Source: a virus (Duplodnaviria; Caudoviricetes). Taken from it: 64,000 bases of DNA. The DNA is taken from positions 32,001 through 96,000 of the IMG/VR virus record IMGVR_UViG_3300021399_000105, one strand, 5' to 3'. Positions within the stretch are counted from its first letter, which is position 1; every line of letters starts with the position of its first letter. Below are positions 1 through 11,444 of the stretch, piece after piece. The notes beneath the pieces were generated by a model. The model had not been told where the DNA came from, ran no database searches, and worked only from the letters and a program-made list of their open reading frames with translations. The position numbers and the translations under genes are program-made.

Positions 1-2
1 AA

Positions 3-857
3 AATTATAATGCAGTTAAACTTTTAAGTAATATTCCAAATATAACAGTTATAGACAAACCTAGCACTATATCAGGTAATATTATAACAAATAATACTGA
101 CGATAGTAATTTACAATTAGCTTTTTTACCTTATAATAATTTTAAAAATATAGTAGATATACCAAAAGGAGATTTTCTTATATCTCACAATGATATACAA
201 GGTAGTGAAATTAGAAGTGGTATAAAATTACCTGAAGGTTTAAGTTTGGAGCAATTAAAATCATATAAATTAGTATTCAATGGTCATATACATAAATCTG
301 GAATATTTAGTAATATTGTTAATGTTGGTTCATCCACAACGCATAGTTTTAGTGATGATAATGATAGTTTACCTAAGGTTTATGTTTTTAATACAAATAC
401 TTTAGATTTAAATTCTTTTGTAAATAAAACGTGTCCTTTATTTAGAACGTTTAAAATACAGAGTTTAGAAGATTTAAAAAATTTGTTAACAAATAATTTA
501 GATTTAACTTATAAGTATATATTACATATAATTAGTCCATATAGTATAAAGGATGAAGTAAAACAGTTATTGAATAAATTGTTGGTAAGTCCAAAACATA
601 TATGTGATGACATAGCTAAAAATGATACTGATTATAAAGTACAATTATTAAACTACAAAGTAACTACTTACTTAACCGAACAAGAAAAACAAGCACAACA
701 ACAGGATTCACAACCTTCAGAAAATGTGTCTAACACAACTAATTTGGATATTACAAGTAGTTTTAAAGAATTTTTAACTACAGTTGATTTAAAGTATCCA
801 ATGCAGATGTATATGGATGTGTTAAATGATGATGGAGGTGAAGTAAATGCACATTAA
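3..857 (+). CDS. sbcD: SbcD/Mre11-like nuclease subunit (5' partial)
   Basis: Frame is open from position 3. Metallophosphoesterase motifs ISHND, NGHIH and VGS; overlaps the start of the SbcC gene. Confidence 0.85.
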   Translation, partial: NYNAVKLLSNIPNITVIDKPSTISGNIITNNTDDSNLQLAFLPYNNFKNIVDIPKGDFLISHNDIQGSEIRSGIKLPEGLSLEQLKSYKLVFNGHIHKSGIFSNIVNVGSSTTHSFSDDNDSLPKVYVFNTNTLDLNSFVNKTCPLFRTFKIQSLEDLKNLLTNNLDLTYKYILHIISPYSIKDEVKQLLNKLLVSPKHICDDIAKNDTDYKVQLLNYKVTTYLTEQEKQAQQQDSQPSENVSNTTNLDITSSFKEFLTTVDLKYPMQMYMDVLNDDGGEVNAH

Positions 858-2799
858 ATTTAAAACTTTGAATATACAATGTTTTAGAAGTATTGAGTCA
901 GCTACATTAGATTTACAACAACAAGGTATATGTATAGTTAGAGGAGTTAACAATTATGAACTAAATGCTTCATCTAATGGTAGTGGTAAGTCTTCTATTT
1001 TTGAAGCTATAATATATGCTTTATTTGAGGAAACTAGTTTTGGCGATAGAGATGTAAGCAATAGACTTATGAATAGTATATGTATTGTAGATTTAACGTT
1101 TGATGTAGATAATGTACAATATAGGGTTGTAAGACACATTAAAGATAAAAAAGCTACAGTTTCCTTATACAAACAAAATGAAGATATATCTGCTAGAACA
1201 AAAACAGATACAAATAAGTTAATACTAAGTGTATTGGGTGTTAGTAAAGATATATTTTTGGATAGTGTTATATTATCCCAAACTACTAATTGCAATTTAT
1301 CAACGTTATCTCCAACTGCTAGAAAAGAGCGTTTAGAGTTTTTAACGGGTACAGACAATGTAATTAATCTATATAAAAATGAGCTTAAACAAAAACAAGC
1401 TAAATATGAATCTAAGTGTGTACAAGCTCAGTTAGATATGTCTAAGATTAATGGTATTATTGAAGCTAAAAATAATGAAATTGAAAACTTTAGAAATAAA
1501 ATTAAACAAATAGATTTAGAGTTAGAAAAACATAATTTATTAGGAACTCAAGAGCAAATAGATTTACAGATTGCACAGTGTACAGATAAAATTGATAGGT
1601 GTAATTTAGATATACAACAACTAAATAAAGTTATTGATAAATATAATAGTGATATACAAAATGAAGAAAGTAAGTTGGAACAATTTAATTTCAAAATTGA
1701 GGAAGTAAATAATCAAATACAACAACATAGAGATAACTATAAGGATTTACAAAATAAAATAGATAAATACAAATCTGAAATGATGTTTATCAATAACAAT
1801 ATTTGTAAAGTTCAAAGTCAAATATCTGATATAAAAAATAGTGATACATGTCCTACTTGTGGTAGAAAGTATGATAATGTAGATGAACAACACATTCAAA
1901 GAACAATAAATACAAAACTAGATGAAATTGATAACTATAATAAACAAATCGAAACAATTGAGTTAAATATAAGAGATTTGAATGATAATATTAAAAATGT
2001 TGAAGATGATATACAAACTTTAAAATTATCTCTAGATAATTATGTAGTTCAACAACAGGAAGTACAAAGTGTTATTTCGGATATTAAAACTAAAAGTAAT
2101 TCCAGTCAATTGGATATACAAGAAAATTATAATACTATTTCAAATCAACAACAACTAATCCAACAACTTAATAATAAAAAACAAGAAATAAATAAAATTA
2201 TAGTTAATAATAAACAAGAGTATTTAGATTTAATTGATGGCTTAAATATAGATATACTACATTTAAATGAAGACTTGAACCGATATAAACAAGAATTTAA
2301 TGTAAATAATGATTATATAGATGTTATTAAACATATAGGACAATTAGTTACTAAAGAGTTTAGAACGTATTTATTACAAAATAGTATAAAATATTTAAAT
2401 AATAAATTATTACAGTACTCTAAATGTTTATTTAGCAATAGTACAGATATAATTCATATAAATTCAGATGATAATAAATTAGATATTTTATTAGGAGATG
2501 CTAGTTATGAAAGTTTGTCTGGAGGAGAGAAAACTCGTGTAGATATAGCTTTATTGTTAGCACAAAAATCTCTAGCAGATAATTTGGGTGATATATCTTA
2601 CAATATTATAGTGTTGGATGAGATGTTAAAGTACTGTGATAGTACAACAGAGTTAAGTATTATTGATTTATTAGTTACAGAATTAGACGACGTTGAAAGT
2701 ATATATATGATAAGTCATAAAGAAATTCCTATTGGATATGATAAACAAGTTATAGTAACTAAAAGTGAACAAGGGTTAAGTAGTGTTAAAGTTATATAG
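847..2799 (+). CDS. sbcC: SbcC/Rad50-like SMC ATPase (T4 gp46-like)
   Basis: Walker A NGSGKSS, long coiled coil, CPTC zinc hook, LSGGE signature, VLDE Walker B, ISH H-loop. Confidence 0.95.
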   Translation: MHIKFKTLNIQCFRSIESATLDLQQQGICIVRGVNNYELNASSNGSGKSSIFEAIIYALFEETSFGDRDVSNRLMNSICIVDLTFDVDNVQYRVVRHIKDKKATVSLYKQNEDISARTKTDTNKLILSVLGVSKDIFLDSVILSQTTNCNLSTLSPTARKERLEFLTGTDNVINLYKNELKQKQAKYESKCVQAQLDMSKINGIIEAKNNEIENFRNKIKQIDLELEKHNLLGTQEQIDLQIAQCTDKIDRCNLDIQQLNKVIDKYNSDIQNEESKLEQFNFKIEEVNNQIQQHRDNYKDLQNKIDKYKSEMMFINNNICKVQSQISDIKNSDTCPTCGRKYDNVDEQHIQRTINTKLDEIDNYNKQIETIELNIRDLNDNIKNVEDDIQTLKLSLDNYVVQQQEVQSVISDIKTKSNSSQLDIQENYNTISNQQQLIQQLNNKKQEINKIIVNNKQEYLDLIDGLNIDILHLNEDLNRYKQEFNVNNDYIDVIKHIGQLVTKEFRTYLLQNSIKYLNNKLLQYSKCLFSNSTDIIHINSDDNKLDILLGDASYESLSGGEKTRVDIALLLAQKSLADNLGDISYNIIVLDEMLKYCDSTTELSIIDLLVTELDDVESIYMISHKEIPIGYDKQVIVTKSEQGLSSVKVI

Positions 2800-2820
2800 G
2801 AAGTGAGGTAGATTTGCAAA

Positions 2821-2964
2821 ATGAATACTTTAACTATTATTTGTACTATTTTATCCTTTATTAGTTTTATTAGTGTAATAGTATTATATATTGTTATAGT
2901 AAATAAGACAAAGCAGGATAAATTAGTGGACAATACTCTAGAATATATTGTGAAGCATTTATAA
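2821..2964 (+). CDS. small membrane protein (47 aa)
   Basis: GAGG SD, ATG, one hydrophobic segment; below the ORF-track cutoff. Confidence 0.55.
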   Translation: MNTLTIICTILSFISFISVIVLYIVIVNKTKQDKLVDNTLEYIVKHL

Positions 2965-2986
2965 GATGTTATTAAATTTATAAGGA

Positions 2987-3337
2987 GTGATGTTAGTAAT
3001 GCAGTTTTATGTTAAAATTTATAATACAACAACTAATGACTTGGTTGGTTATTATAAGGAAAAAGGTTTAAATAATATATCTAAAATAAAAAAGGGCATA
3101 AAACTTTGGGACACATACACGGAAGCTTATAACGTAGCACACACCTTAAACGATAGTTTTGTACGAGACAATGATGGACATTACTATACATGTTTGGCAG
3201 TTGTGTATGGTGAATCAAGTTTATGTGCTAAACAGAAAGTAAATAATAATATACAAAGTGAGGAGGAAAGAAGTAATGAAGTTGGAGCCTTTATACGACA
3301 AAATTATAGTAGAATTACAGAACATACAACAGATTAA
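2987..3337 (+). CDS. hypothetical protein
   Basis: ORF with AAGGAG SD; real start is probably the ATG at 2999. Confidence 0.6.
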   Translation: MMLVMQFYVKIYNTTTNDLVGYYKEKGLNNISKIKKGIKLWDTYTEAYNVAHTLNDSFVRDNDGHYYTCLAVVYGESSLCAKQKVNNNIQSEEERSNEVGAFIRQNYSRITEHTTD

Positions 3338-3599
3338 ATCTGGCTCAGGTTTAGTTGTTACAAAAAATATGAGTATTTCTAAAAACACAACCATGAAAGG
3401 AACAGTAGTAGCTTGTGGTTGTGGTAGATTATTAGCTAATGGGGATGTAGTACCTTTAAAAGTTAATGTTGGAGACGAAGTTATAATTACAAAAATGAGT
3501 GGAGAAAGTTATGAGGAGGAAGGTAAAGAATATACTATTATCTCCGAATCAAGTGTATTAGCGATATGTAAACTGGAGGATGACAATAGAAATGATTAA
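3276..3599 (+). CDS. groES: co-chaperonin GroES
   Basis: MKLEPLYDKIIV, GTVVACGCG, VPLKVNVGDEV, YTIISESSVLA; AGGAGG SD before ATG 3276. Confidence 0.92.
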   Translation: MKLEPLYDKIIVELQNIQQIKSGSGLVVTKNMSISKNTTMKGTVVACGCGRLLANGDVVPLKVNVGDEVIITKMSGESYEEEGKEYTIISESSVLAICKLEDDNRND

Positions 3600-3903
3600 A
3601 ATAACAAGTGCAAGAGTTAAAAAGTTAAATACAAACGATGATAAATTATTAGCTGTAGCTAGTATACAACTAGATGATTGTTTAGTTATACATGATTTAA
3701 AGTTATTACAGTTAGATGACAGAAGGGTTGTAAGATTTCCCAATAAAAAAGTATATAAGTATACATTAGATACAACTGAGTCCGATTTTGTTAAACAGTA
3801 TGGATTTACAGATGTAGTACATCCATCAAACTCAAATTTTAGAAAGTACATAGAAACTGAGTTATTTAAAATATATGATGGATTAAAGAACGAGGAGGAG
3901 TAA
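3592..3903 (+). CDS. spoVG: SpoVG-family nucleic-acid-binding protein
   Basis: MIKITSARV..LLAVASIQLDDCLVIHDLKL..FPNKK..FTDVVHP..FRKYIE follows the SpoVG pattern. Confidence 0.8.
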   Translation: MIKITSARVKKLNTNDDKLLAVASIQLDDCLVIHDLKLLQLDDRRVVRFPNKKVYKYTLDTTESDFVKQYGFTDVVHPSNSNFRKYIETELFKIYDGLKNEEE

Positions 3904-3907
3904 CATA

Positions 3908-4121
3908 TTGAGAGTTAGTCAACTTATAAATGAATTAACTAGATTACAAAATTTATATGGTGACATAGATGTTGATTTATATATGGAAGATATAGATGGT
4001 ATATTTTTACGGTTTCGATGAAATAAATGAAGTTGATGTCAGTAAGAATTGTGATGGTAAAGTTATGTCTCTATATATAGCACATATGAATAAAGAGGAG
4101 GAATTGGAAGATTATGAATAA
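3908..4121 (+). CDS. hypothetical protein (70 aa) requiring a C-skip at CGG (C4010)
   Basis: GAGGAGGAG SD and TTG start. Frame 0 reaches TTA CGG TTT CGA TGA; skipping C4010 gives GFDEINEV... ending in TAA that overlaps the groEL ATG (ATGAATAA). Confidence 0.65.
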
Positions 4122-5760
4122 AATTATTAAATATGATAATGAAGCTAAAAGTTCAATTATATCAGGTATAAATGCTGTAGCTGATATTGTTAAAACAACT
4201 GTAGGTCCTAAAGGAAGAAATGTTTTAATTCGTGAGCAATTAAATCCACCTATAATAACAAATGATGGAGTTACAATTGCTAAAAGTATACAGTTAAAAG
4301 ATAACGCTGAGGATGCTGGAGCTGCTTTACTAATTTCTGCAGCCAATAAAACAAATGATGTAGCTGGAGATGGTACTACTACAACTACAATTTTAACACA
4401 AGCTTTAATTAACAATTATTACGAATTAGAGAAAGAGATTGGAAACCATAATGTAGTTCAAATACAAAATGAGATGCGTGAGGCTACAGATAAAGTTAGT
4501 GATTATTTATTAAATATAGCTACACCAGCTAACGATATAAATAGTATTAGAAGAGTAGCTACAATTTCTAGTGGGTCAGAAAAAACAGGTCAACTAATAG
4601 CAGATGCGTTTGAGATGGCAGGAGAGTACGGTTCTGTTATTGTAGAAGATAGCAAAATAAGTGAGGATTACTTGGAACCAATACAAGGAATGAAGTTTGA
4701 TTCTGGAATGGTAACTAGTTACTTATTAAATGACAGAGCATCTATGTGTACAGATTGGAAAGATGTGTATATACTAATTGTTAAAGATAAAATAGATAAT
4801 GCATCTGAGTTATTACCTATACTAGATATATGTAATACTAAGGGAATTAAGTTACTTATAATGTGTGAAGATGTTGGTATCGAACCTTTAAATATGATTC
4901 TAACAAATAAAGCTAGAGGAGCATTATTAAATGTTGCTATAGTTAGATTACCTGGATTTGGAACATTGAGAGAAGATTTATTAAATGATATAGCTATAGC
5001 AACTGGTGCTACAGTAATTGGTCGTGAAAATGGAACTACTGTTAAAGATATTACATTAAATGAGTTAGGTTTATGTGATGAATTAGGTAAGTGTGATGAA
5101 GTAAAAGTTACTATGGATAGCACTGTAATTAAATTCTGTGATACTGGAATGAAAGGTGAATCATTATTAGATTTACGAAATACTCTAGTTAGTGAATTAG
5201 AACAACAGTTAAAGCTGGTTAACGAGGATGAAAAAACACAATATAGAAGAAGAATATCAAATTTAACTAGTGGTATTTCTGTTATAAAGGTTAGTGGTAA
5301 CTCAGACGTAGAGATAAAAGATAAAAAGTTAAGAATAGAGGATGCTATAAATTCTGTTAAAGCTGCAAAGGAGGAAGGTATTGTTCCTGGAGGAGGATTT
5401 AGTTTTTTACTAGCTTATATGAATGATGGTTTAGATTTAGACAGTACAAACGGTGGTAAGGTTGTTAAGAATTCATTATTAGCTACTACAAAACAAATTG
5501 CTGAAAATAGTGGTAAAGATGGAAGTAGTGTTATTTTAAATTGTTTACGACAACAAAAAGGTTATAATGCTTTAACTGATACATATGAAGATTTATTGTC
5601 AACTGGAGTTATAAATAGTGTTAAGGTAGATAGATATAGTTTAATTAACGCTAGTAGCGTAGCATCTACTGTAATTACAATGGGTGGACTTGTAGTACAG
5701 GAAAATGAAAAGGACCAAAATGTATTACAACTTCAAGGTCCAATACCTGGTATAATATAA
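4114..5760 (+). CDS. groEL: chaperonin GroEL
   Basis: TVGPKGRNV, ITNDGVTIAK, AGDGTTT, RIEDAINS, GIVPGGG. Confidence 0.97.
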   Translation: MNKIIKYDNEAKSSIISGINAVADIVKTTVGPKGRNVLIREQLNPPIITNDGVTIAKSIQLKDNAEDAGAALLISAANKTNDVAGDGTTTTTILTQALINNYYELEKEIGNHNVVQIQNEMREATDKVSDYLLNIATPANDINSIRRVATISSGSEKTGQLIADAFEMAGEYGSVIVEDSKISEDYLEPIQGMKFDSGMVTSYLLNDRASMCTDWKDVYILIVKDKIDNASELLPILDICNTKGIKLLIMCEDVGIEPLNMILTNKARGALLNVAIVRLPGFGTLREDLLNDIAIATGATVIGRENGTTVKDITLNELGLCDELGKCDEVKVTMDSTVIKFCDTGMKGESLLDLRNTLVSELEQQLKLVNEDEKTQYRRRISNLTSGISVIKVSGNSDVEIKDKKLRIEDAINSVKAAKEEGIVPGGGFSFLLAYMNDGLDLDSTNGGKVVKNSLLATTKQIAENSGKDGSSVILNCLRQQKGYNALTDTYEDLLSTGVINSVKVDRYSLINASSVASTVITMGGLVVQENEKDQNVLQLQGPIPGII

Positions 5761-5787
5761 AGTGTTTTTGAGATGAGGTAGATACAG

Positions 5788-5952
5788 ATGGAAACATCAA
5801 TATATTTTAAGTGTTTAAAATGTGGCAGAAATTTAAAAACACCTGAGACTAGAAAAAGAGGTTATGGTTCTATATGTTGGCAACAAATAAAAGGGGAAAT
5901 GTTAAAAAAGGATAACCTTTTAACTAACTTGAATAAAAATGATAAGGAGTAG
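5788..5952 (+). CDS. small zinc-finger protein (DUF6011-like)
   Basis: CLKCGRNLKTPETRKRGYGSIC; GAGG SD; 54 aa. Confidence 0.65.
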   Translation: METSIYFKCLKCGRNLKTPETRKRGYGSICWQQIKGEMLKKDNLLTNLNKNDKE

Positions 5953-5957
5953 GGATT

Positions 5958-6218
5958 ATGATTAACATAGTTTTAGTTGTTTTAATTGTAATATCTATTG
6001 TATTGTGCACAGTTATTTTTAATCTAAAGTGTAAGTATAATAATTTACAAGGTAAGTACATTACACTTAGAGCGAAATATACTAGTGTAAAAGATAAGTT
6101 ATCTTTAATAGATTATTATACAAATCAGTATAATTATAAGAAGAATATTTATATAGCAATGCGAAATATTAGAGATACACTTTATGATATAAAGGATGAG
6201 GAGACAAAACATGAGTAA
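5958..6218 (+). CDS. membrane-anchored hypothetical protein
   Basis: N-terminal hydrophobic helix followed by a coiled coil. Confidence 0.6.
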   Translation: MINIVLVVLIVISIVLCTVIFNLKCKYNNLQGKYITLRAKYTSVKDKLSLIDYYTNQYNYKKNIYIAMRNIRDTLYDIKDEETKHE

Positions 6219-6792
6219 ACCAAAAATAGAACCTAATTTAATATTATGTATTATAGTAGATTCGTATAGCATAATTAAATTGTGTATTAGAAATATTGAA
6301 GGTGAGTTATTATATATAAGCAATATTATTGGGTTGGGTTTATCTCAGTATGAAATAAGACAACAAGTTTTAAATAGTATTACATCACTGTTAGATAAAT
6401 ATCCAATAGATACCCTTATAATGGAAAAAACGAATTTATTTACGGATGGTATAACTTTTAACCCCGATTGGAGAACTTATAGTAATGTACTATTGAATTA
6501 CAGTCTACAAATAACTTTGGACGATAATTTTCATAAAACATTTAATAATTTTCTTGTTATTCCAGGTAATGATTGGACAAAAACTGTATTAAACAATAAT
6601 CAATTAAAATCATTTGATGCATATAAAAAACATATACTTTTACAAACTGATAATTTTACATCAGAACAATTTAATATTTTTCAACAAAACAATTTTTATA
6701 AATTACTTTGTTTCTCGGAGTGTGTTCACTTTACTAATTTAATGAGTACTAAATATCTTATAAATAAAGGAGATTCGAGTGAAGAAGAGTGA
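6211..6792 (+). CDS. hypothetical protein, possibly divergent RuvC/RNase H fold
   Basis: IIVD...IDTLIME...PGNDWTKTVL spacing resembles phage RuvC-like proteins; weak. Confidence 0.35.
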   Translation: MSKPKIEPNLILCIIVDSYSIIKLCIRNIEGELLYISNIIGLGLSQYEIRQQVLNSITSLLDKYPIDTLIMEKTNLFTDGITFNPDWRTYSNVLLNYSLQITLDDNFHKTFNNFLVIPGNDWTKTVLNNNQLKSFDAYKKHILLQTDNFTSEQFNIFQQNNFYKLLCFSECVHFTNLMSTKYLINKGDSSEEE

Positions 6793-9504
6793 ATTTGAAA
6801 AGAAAGTGTCTAAAATGTTAAATGAAGAAGAAACATTTTTATTAAGTTTAATTTTGTTAGCTCATTTACATACAGATAAGAATTATTCAAAATTAGCTGA
6901 TTTAATATTTCTTTTTGATAATTATAAAGGTTTTAAACAGTTTATTAAGTTTTATTCTGGTCAAAGTATAGATGTACCCACTATGTTAGAGTTAAAACAG
7001 TGTTTGAAGTTATTAAATTTATTTCAAAATGTTTATATAGATGGTAAGGATTTAGATACCTGTTACAATGATTTAAACATTCAAAGTTTGGGTTTGTCTA
7101 AAGACTACTGTTCAAATGAATTAAGTAAATTCTTTACAATACTAAAAAATGACAATATAATAACTTTAAATAAGTTAAAGAAGATTACAAAATCCTTTAA
7201 GTAGTTTATGACATTTAAGATTAGCTATTATTATGTTGGAGGTTATTTGGTATATGAGAGTTAAAAAGCATTATAGAATGAGTATATCTACAATTGATAG
7301 TATATTAACAGATTTAAATTGTAATAGAATTGTAGATAGAGATAGATATTTCAATTATTGTGTTAGTAACCGAGTACAGAAATTACATGATTTATATAAC
7401 TCTAAATTAGATAAAATTTTATCTAGTATAATACTCTGTTGTCGTTTTGATGATTTACCTGTGTCTATAATAGCTAGTATTACATATTCTATGACTAAAG
7501 TAGCTAATACTTTAAATAAAGGATTATTATTGATGATAGGAGATAGTAATGTTACTGGTAACAAAAATAGATAATGAAGAAGTTGTTAATTTACAAACAG
7601 AGTTTAAAAATAAAGTATTTTCTATATCTGTAAATCCAGGTGATATGGATAGCATGATTAAAACAATAGAACAAATAAAGTCTTATACTTTACAATATGA
7701 TTTATTATTTATAAATAAAGAGCCTTATGTGTTAGCTTGTTTAGATAAATTACATATTACATATTACATTACAGACGATGTTGTTGTATCAGAGGATTCT
7801 TTTGATAGTTCAAAAATATTGTACTTAAATAATAATTCGTTGAGAGATATTTTATCTAATTATTTTCCTTGGATAACTACAACTAAGTCTTTAACTACAT
7901 CCTCAAAACCTACAAGTGGTGGTTTAACTTTACAAAAGTTATCTGAAACAGATGTAAATATAACTGAAGCTGATGTAAGGCAAACAAAACTTATTGAAAC
8001 TAAAGCTAAAGTTGCTATGTATTTACAGGTAGATATGCACATTAAAAGATTATATAAACTTTTAAATGCAATAAATTTATTGGAAGATGAACTATTAAAT
8101 AGAGTATCTACAGATATTCAAACTGCAGATACAGGTAGTTTAATACAAGTATCTAAGTGTTTAAATGATACATTGACATCTATAAATAGTTTAATAATGA
8201 ATATAGTGAATAATGAAAAAATTCAAAACTTTTTTGTAATAGATAATTCTAAAAATGTTAATATTGAAGCAGGTGTAATGGATGTAGAGAGTAGAGATAA
8301 GTTACGTAAAGCTATGGAAATTATAACTCAAAATTTGGATTTATTTAAACAAGGGAAAATAGATAGTTTAGTTGACCCAAATAGTGTTATAGAGGTGAAA
8401 CAAGATGATAGTAAAACCTAGTCAGTATGATATTGATAATATAAATGATAATGATTTATTTTATGTGTACAAACGTAATATACGTTATAAAGTATTAAGA
8501 TTTATTCTTAATAAGTTACTGTCTACGCCAACTGTTGTAGTTACATATAATGGAAAACAATATAATCAAGATGATTGTATTATATTTCGTAGTTCGGACT
8601 TGTTATGTCAACAACAATTAGATAATGTTATATGTAATGTAACGAAGGGTAAAATTTTTAAGAATACTACAACAACCAAATTACCAAAAGTAACTGTAAC
8701 TTTATACAGTATTAACATAACTTTTAAAAACGGTAATATATTAAGTATACCTATAAATAAGATACAAAACAGTATAAATAAAAATACATTGATATTTAAT
8801 ACAATAGATAAACAGCAAATAATAAAAGATGAAATTAAATATATTAGATATAAAGGTGACTGGTATAAAAATGCTGTTTCTCAGTATAATATTAAATCTT
8901 GGACTCCATCATATTGCTATTTATGTGGTAAACCTTTAGTTTATACCTTTACAAATAATGGTATAGATGTTATAAATAAATGTGATTGTGGATTTAATAA
9001 AGTAGAACAATCCACAATCACATATGATGAGTTGGCTTTATGGTGTGATAGTCAAACTAATAAGAGTATTATAAATCAATATAATAAGTTTTGGCATAGA
9101 TAGGAGTGTGTATTATAATTTAAATGAACAGTAAAGAGTGTATGGATTTGTTTAATGAACTAAATATAGATAATAAGTTATGTTGCACAGAACAAACTGT
9201 ATTAGATTTTGTTAATTATGGAATTCTTCTAACTAGTGGTAACAAATATTATACACGTGATTTTAAAGAAATAGATGTTAATATAATAAAGGTTAAAACT
9301 TATAATTTAAATATAAACTTATCACAGTATGTTCAACAAGGTATTGAGTTGGGTGCTAACAATAAAGTTAATTTAATATATTATATGACACAGAAAACTT
9401 ATGATAAATATAAAGACGAAGGTTTAATTGTTACAAGAAATAATAAGGACTATTATAGACTGTTTGATAAGGAGTTATGGTTAGTTAGTTTAATAAACAC
9501 TTAG
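6779..9504 (+). CDS. five consecutive hypothetical genes (6779-7204, 7233-7574, 7549-8421, 8405-9103, 9124-9504)
   Basis: Overlapping or adjacent ORFs with SD sites; 8405-9103 has a CxxC..CxC zinc motif. Confidence 0.6.
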
Positions 9505-9523
9505 TTATTGGAGGTAGTTAACA

Positions 9524-10327
9524 ATGAAAGATGAACAAATATCAATTATGTGGAACGAATACAAAAATTTATTATTAAAAACAAATAGACACAATATGGA
9601 TAAACTTATAGAGTGGTTGGACAACAGTGATTTTAAAACTGCACCTGCAAGTACTAAATATCATGATTGTCAACCTGGTGGATTACTAAAACATTCGTTA
9701 CAAGTTTATTATAATATGTACGATTACCAACATATGATAAATTATTTTGATATACCTGAAGAATCTATTATAATTATGTCTTTATTGCACGATATATGTA
9801 AAGTTAATTGTTATAAAACAAGTACACGTAATGTTAAAAATGAACAAGGTCAGTGGATAACTGTTCCTTATTATACTTATGAAGAGGACGAGCCTATAGG
9901 ACATGGAGATAAAAGTATTATGCTGATTTATGAGCAAGGTGTTGCTTTATCCAAAATTGAAAGAGCTTGTATACGTAACCATATGGGGTTCTCAGATATT
10001 GAATATACTCCTCGAGTATCTGCTTTATTTTCTAAGTGTCCACAATCTATGATACTATATTTTGCAGATATGCAATCTACGTATATTCAAGGTAGTTTAG
10101 ATTTGCCTCAAAGATTTAAACGTAAGTTATTAGGTAGAAATATTGTAGAATGTAATAACATTGTTAGTAGAGCAAACTTAGAGGAAAATACTTATAGAAA
10201 GGATAATATTACATATACATTAGCACAACCAGATGATGTTGTGGATGGTGTTAAAATTATAAATATTGAGGATAACGGTAATATTATAAAAGTGTATTCC
10301 CCTAATTGTGATGGATTACCTTTTTAA
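9524..10327 (+). CDS. HD-domain phosphohydrolase
   Basis: APASTKYH..GGLLKHS, LLHDICK, GHG, HMG, FAD. Confidence 0.88.
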   Translation: MKDEQISIMWNEYKNLLLKTNRHNMDKLIEWLDNSDFKTAPASTKYHDCQPGGLLKHSLQVYYNMYDYQHMINYFDIPEESIIIMSLLHDICKVNCYKTSTRNVKNEQGQWITVPYYTYEEDEPIGHGDKSIMLIYEQGVALSKIERACIRNHMGFSDIEYTPRVSALFSKCPQSMILYFADMQSTYIQGSLDLPQRFKRKLLGRNIVECNNIVSRANLEENTYRKDNITYTLAQPDDVVDGVKIINIEDNGNIIKVYSPNCDGLPF

Positions 10328-10343
10328 ACTGTGAGGTGTTATA

Positions 10344-10982
10344 ATGGATATTTATACATGGACAAAACCTAGTAAAGATGTAAATAGTAAACCTAAGAAG
10401 TCTAAATTAGAGCCTGGTGTTACTATGATAATAGGTAGCAACGGTGTAGGAAAAACTACTTTTTTAAATCAAGTATATTCTATATTTAGTGAACATACGT
10501 GGGAGAAGATTAGTAAGAATGATTTAATACGAGATTTGTATGGTGTTTACTTATATAGTAATGATTATGAAGAAAAATTTGCATGTGATAGTTGGTTAAA
10601 CGGTTCAAATTCAAATAAGTGTTCACTTTTAGCAAGTTATCATGAGGGCTCAGAAGGTCAAAATATGATGTTGTTTTTAGAGCAAAAGATGTATGACATA
10701 GGTAATTTTGTTAGAAAATGTAGACAAGGCAGTAAAAAGGGTGTTATATTACTATTTGATGGATTGGATAGTGGTTTATCTCCAGATAATATAAATATTA
10801 TAAAAACCCAATTATTAGACTTTATTGTTAAAGAAGAAAATAAACTTAATGATGAATTTGAGGTATATATATTATGTACTAGTAACTCATACGAGTTATG
10901 TAGTGGGTATAGATGCTATAGTATAGGGGATTACAAGTATAAGAATGTAAGTTCCTATGAGGAGTTTGTCAGCAATTTCTAA
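10344..10982 (+). CDS. ABC/AAA-type ATPase
   Basis: Walker A GSNGVGKT, SEGQ signature-like motif, LLFDGLDSGLS Walker B. Confidence 0.8.
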   Translation: MDIYTWTKPSKDVNSKPKKSKLEPGVTMIIGSNGVGKTTFLNQVYSIFSEHTWEKISKNDLIRDLYGVYLYSNDYEEKFACDSWLNGSNSNKCSLLASYHEGSEGQNMMLFLEQKMYDIGNFVRKCRQGSKKGVILLFDGLDSGLSPDNINIIKTQLLDFIVKEENKLNDEFEVYILCTSNSYELCSGYRCYSIGDYKYKNVSSYEEFVSNF

Positions 10983-11070
10983 AAATATATTTTTCAACTA
11001 ACCATCAGGATAGATGTAAAAACCACTTTGAAGGAAACAAAGCACAAACCAACAATATTTTATTTTTATT

Positions 11071-11104
11071 AAATAAGTAGTTTTTAAGCACTACTTATTT
11101 TTTT
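11071..11104 (+). terminator. intrinsic terminator
   Basis: AAATAAGTAG...CTACTTATTT hairpin followed by a T-run. Confidence 0.75.
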
Positions 11105-11135
11105 AATTTTTTTTAATTTTTTTTTACTAAAACTA

Positions 11136-11164
11136 TTTACATTTTTTAAAATATACTTTATAAT
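11136..11164 (+). promoter_or_regulatory. sigma-A/70-type promoter
   Basis: TTTACA-17 nt-TATAAT upstream of 11196; same architecture at 38292 and 51164. Confidence 0.7.
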
Positions 11165-11195
11165 GTTGATATAAAATAAATAGGAGGTAGTACAA

Positions 11196-11444
11196 ATGAA
11201 GAATATGAGATGTACAAAAAGAAAAAATAATAAAGTTATGGAGGTTGTTTTAAGTATACTATTATTAGTAATATTTCTTGTAGCATTAGATAATTTGATA
11301 ACATATCCAGAGAAATATTTTTCTACATGGAGATATCAATTAAAATTAAAGATAGATAGTGGAGACGAGCAAGCTATAAATTATTACAAAACCAATTACA
11401 CTGAAAGGGGAATATACTTATATGGAGAGTATACAGATAAGTAA
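11196..11444 (+). CDS. small membrane protein
   Basis: AGGAGGT SD; one TM segment. Confidence 0.65.
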   Translation: MKNMRCTKRKNNKVMEVVLSILLLVIFLVALDNLITYPEKYFSTWRYQLKLKIDSGDEQAINYYKTNYTERGIYLYGEYTDK

